Of a DNA stretch of 64,000 nucleotides, positions 62,201-64,000 are shown piece by piece. The translations under genes and the position numbers were made by a program. The notes under the pieces were generated by a model. It did no database searches. It was not told the DNA's origin and saw nothing but the letters and a program-made list of their open reading frames with translations. The stretch is from Podarcis pityusensis (taxonomy: Eukaryota). The stretch lies in assembly GCA_964106645.2 (NCBI GenBank), contig OZ067041.1; one strand, 5' to 3'. Each line of letters starts with the position of its first letter. Within the stretch, counting starts at the first letter, position 1.

Positions 62201-63030
62201 CTTCTTTTTGCTAACCCGGCTCCGAAGCCTCCCAGTCCTGCCCCCGCCTCCCCCGGCGGAGGAGGAGGGGGAAAGGGAGGAGCCGCAGAAGGGGAAAGGG
62301 GGAAATGGAACTGCCAGGAGGGGAAAGAAAAAGGAAAGTATACTAAAAAAAAATCACCTTCTCTCCCCCCAGAAGAAGTCCGGAGCGGGATGAGAGCAGA
62401 TCGCCCTCTTGCACCTGAGGTTTAAAGAAGGGAAGGCGATGTTACAGGGGATCGCATAGGAAAACCGACACCCCCCCACCCCCGTCACGGCCTCGCCAAT
62501 CCGAGAGAAGCGGAAGCTGGGAAAGTTGGGCTGAAAAGTTTTGCAAAGAAAGGAGGAGGGTCTCTCCCTCCCTCCCTCTCCCTCCATACCACCCCTTTGC
62601 TTTCTGCAGTTGGTATGTGGCAGTCCTCCGTCAAAGCTCCCGATCGCTATTCATCAGTGCTGGGCTGGGAGGGGGTGTAACGAGGCGAGCGGGGGAGTCA
62701 GGAGCAGCGTCTTTAACTATAGCGGAGGCTCATTTTTTAGAGCACACTAGACTGATCACAGCAGGCTGTTTAGGCAGGGATGTGGAGAGAGGGCAGATCA
62801 CTCGGAACAATCTGCCGCGCTGTTGGGGGGTGGGGGGGAGAGACCCACGAGGTTGCCTAGATGCGGCGCCTACTAAACAAGTTACCTCCCCTTGTCCTGG
62901 AAAGGTAGCACCGCTAACAGAAGCCCCCTTGGATCGCTTCCCTCGATTGCACATAAAAAAGTTTGTTGAATGTTGGGTTGGCGGGTGTGCATTGCGTATA
63001 CGAGATTGTAGAACTGAGGGCCATCGCGTC
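62050..63030 (-). promoter_or_regulatory. CpG-rich promoter region of BOC
   Basis: Longest non-TE CpG-retaining stretch in the window; GC-box-like CCCCGCCTCCC at ~62241-62251 and CCAAT at ~62496-62500. Confidence 0.7.
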
Positions 63031-63339
63031 TTTCCCCAGGGCATCTTAAGTTATTTGTTTATAAATTTAAACCACGTGGTTATGGCATATTGCAAGTTAT
63101 GGACAGGTACAGGGAGGGTGCAGCCCGCCAACAAGAGGGGACAGGTTGCACAGGGAATTCGATAGTGTAGGCAGGTCCAAAGGACCTGTGCACTGAGTGA
63201 GCGGTCGACCAGTTTTGCTTGCACAAAGTTTACGCAAAGGTTAGATTATATTCAAACTTTCTAGCATTCACTGATTTGCTCACAGGGCCGTAATGCAAGG
63301 GGGAGGCCAGCTAAGGTGAAAACATGATGGAGGGTTAGA

Positions 63340-63378
<39 letters not shown>

Positions 63379-63899
63379 TTCTATTATTTTATTATTTATA
63401 CCCCACCCATCAAGCTGGGTTGTAAAGGGTCGATAGAGAGAATTTCTTCTTCTCCCATAAGAACTCAGGCCACTTCCACAGGACCCACTTATTATGCTTT
63501 CATCCTGATTTGTTTGCACAAAGTTCACAGGGTGGTTAGACAGCACTGACTATTCCATTCATTCTGATGTGTCTCTGGGAGATTTATACAGCATTGTGTC
63601 AAGCAATTGTCAACCCACACTTTCCAGTGTGTTTCCCCATAATTTTTCTTCTTGCAAAATATGCAATGGCAGGGGGAAGGAGTGTTATGCAAGAGCACCA
63701 AATGCTCTTTAATTGCCCAAGCTGCCCTTGGAAGTATGTGATTGAATCCCACTGGAAAACAGCAACTGTCCAGAAGCACTCTCAGGGTCACCCAGTGAAA
63801 TTGATTGGTGGTGGATTCAGAAGTGACAAAAGTATTTCTTAATCAGATTTCTCCATCTGATATGGCAACTCATCCTGGACCTATGGAATTCACGGTCAT

Positions 63900-63985
63900 G
63901 ATGGCGATGGCCATTGGTTTAGAATGACTTTAAAAGGATATTGGACAAATTCATGGAGGTTAGTCTATCAATGGCTATTAGGCAT
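63900..63985 (+). mobile_element. CR1-type LINE 3' fragment
   Basis: CTTTAAAAGGATATTGGACAAATTCATGGAGG (FKR.LDKFME, end of CR1 ORF2) followed by TATCAATGGCTATTAG. Confidence 0.6.
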
Positions 63986-64000
63986 AAGAACCCTGTTCTT

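Noticed and set aside
62617-63165. 182-aa ORF divergent from the BOC promoter
   Set aside because: Starts at GTG, lies in the GC-rich promoter and has no recognisable homology; a divergent lncRNA cannot be supported from sequence alone.

Overview
Eukaryotic (vertebrate) genomic DNA, probably a squamate reptile; a lacertid-type lizard is inferred from the repeat families and is not proven. The window holds essentially the whole BOC gene (Brother of CDO, Hedgehog co-receptor) on the minus strand. I reconstructed 18 coding exons between 35590 and 3057, all with GT-AG boundaries and consistent phases, giving 3303 nt or 1100 aa: signal peptide, 4 Ig, 3 FNIII, one TM and a cytoplasmic tail. A probable non-coding first exon and CpG-rich promoter lie at about 62 kb. 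The last two coding exons of CFAP44 (WDR52) lie on the plus strand at 573-1245, tail-to-tail with BOC, as I recall for the human locus. Introns carry many non-autonomous DNA transposons (Tc1/mariner/pogo-type with TA TSD, hAT with 8-bp TSD, Harbinger-like), tRNA-derived SINEs, CR1 and other LINE 3' ends, a decayed Gypsy integrase and microsatellites. Apart from exon-overlapping ORFs and the integrase relic, the ORF track looks like noise. I found no new protein-coding system. The most testable leads are RNA-level: inverted TE pairs bracketing BOC exon blocks (circRNA or domain-skipping candidates), a 40-bp MITE stem that pairs fully only on the transcribed strand, an overlapping uORF at the BOC start, possible re-splicing/microexon sites, and putative TACCGGTA transposon footprints. 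All of these are inferences needing RNA or comparative data.
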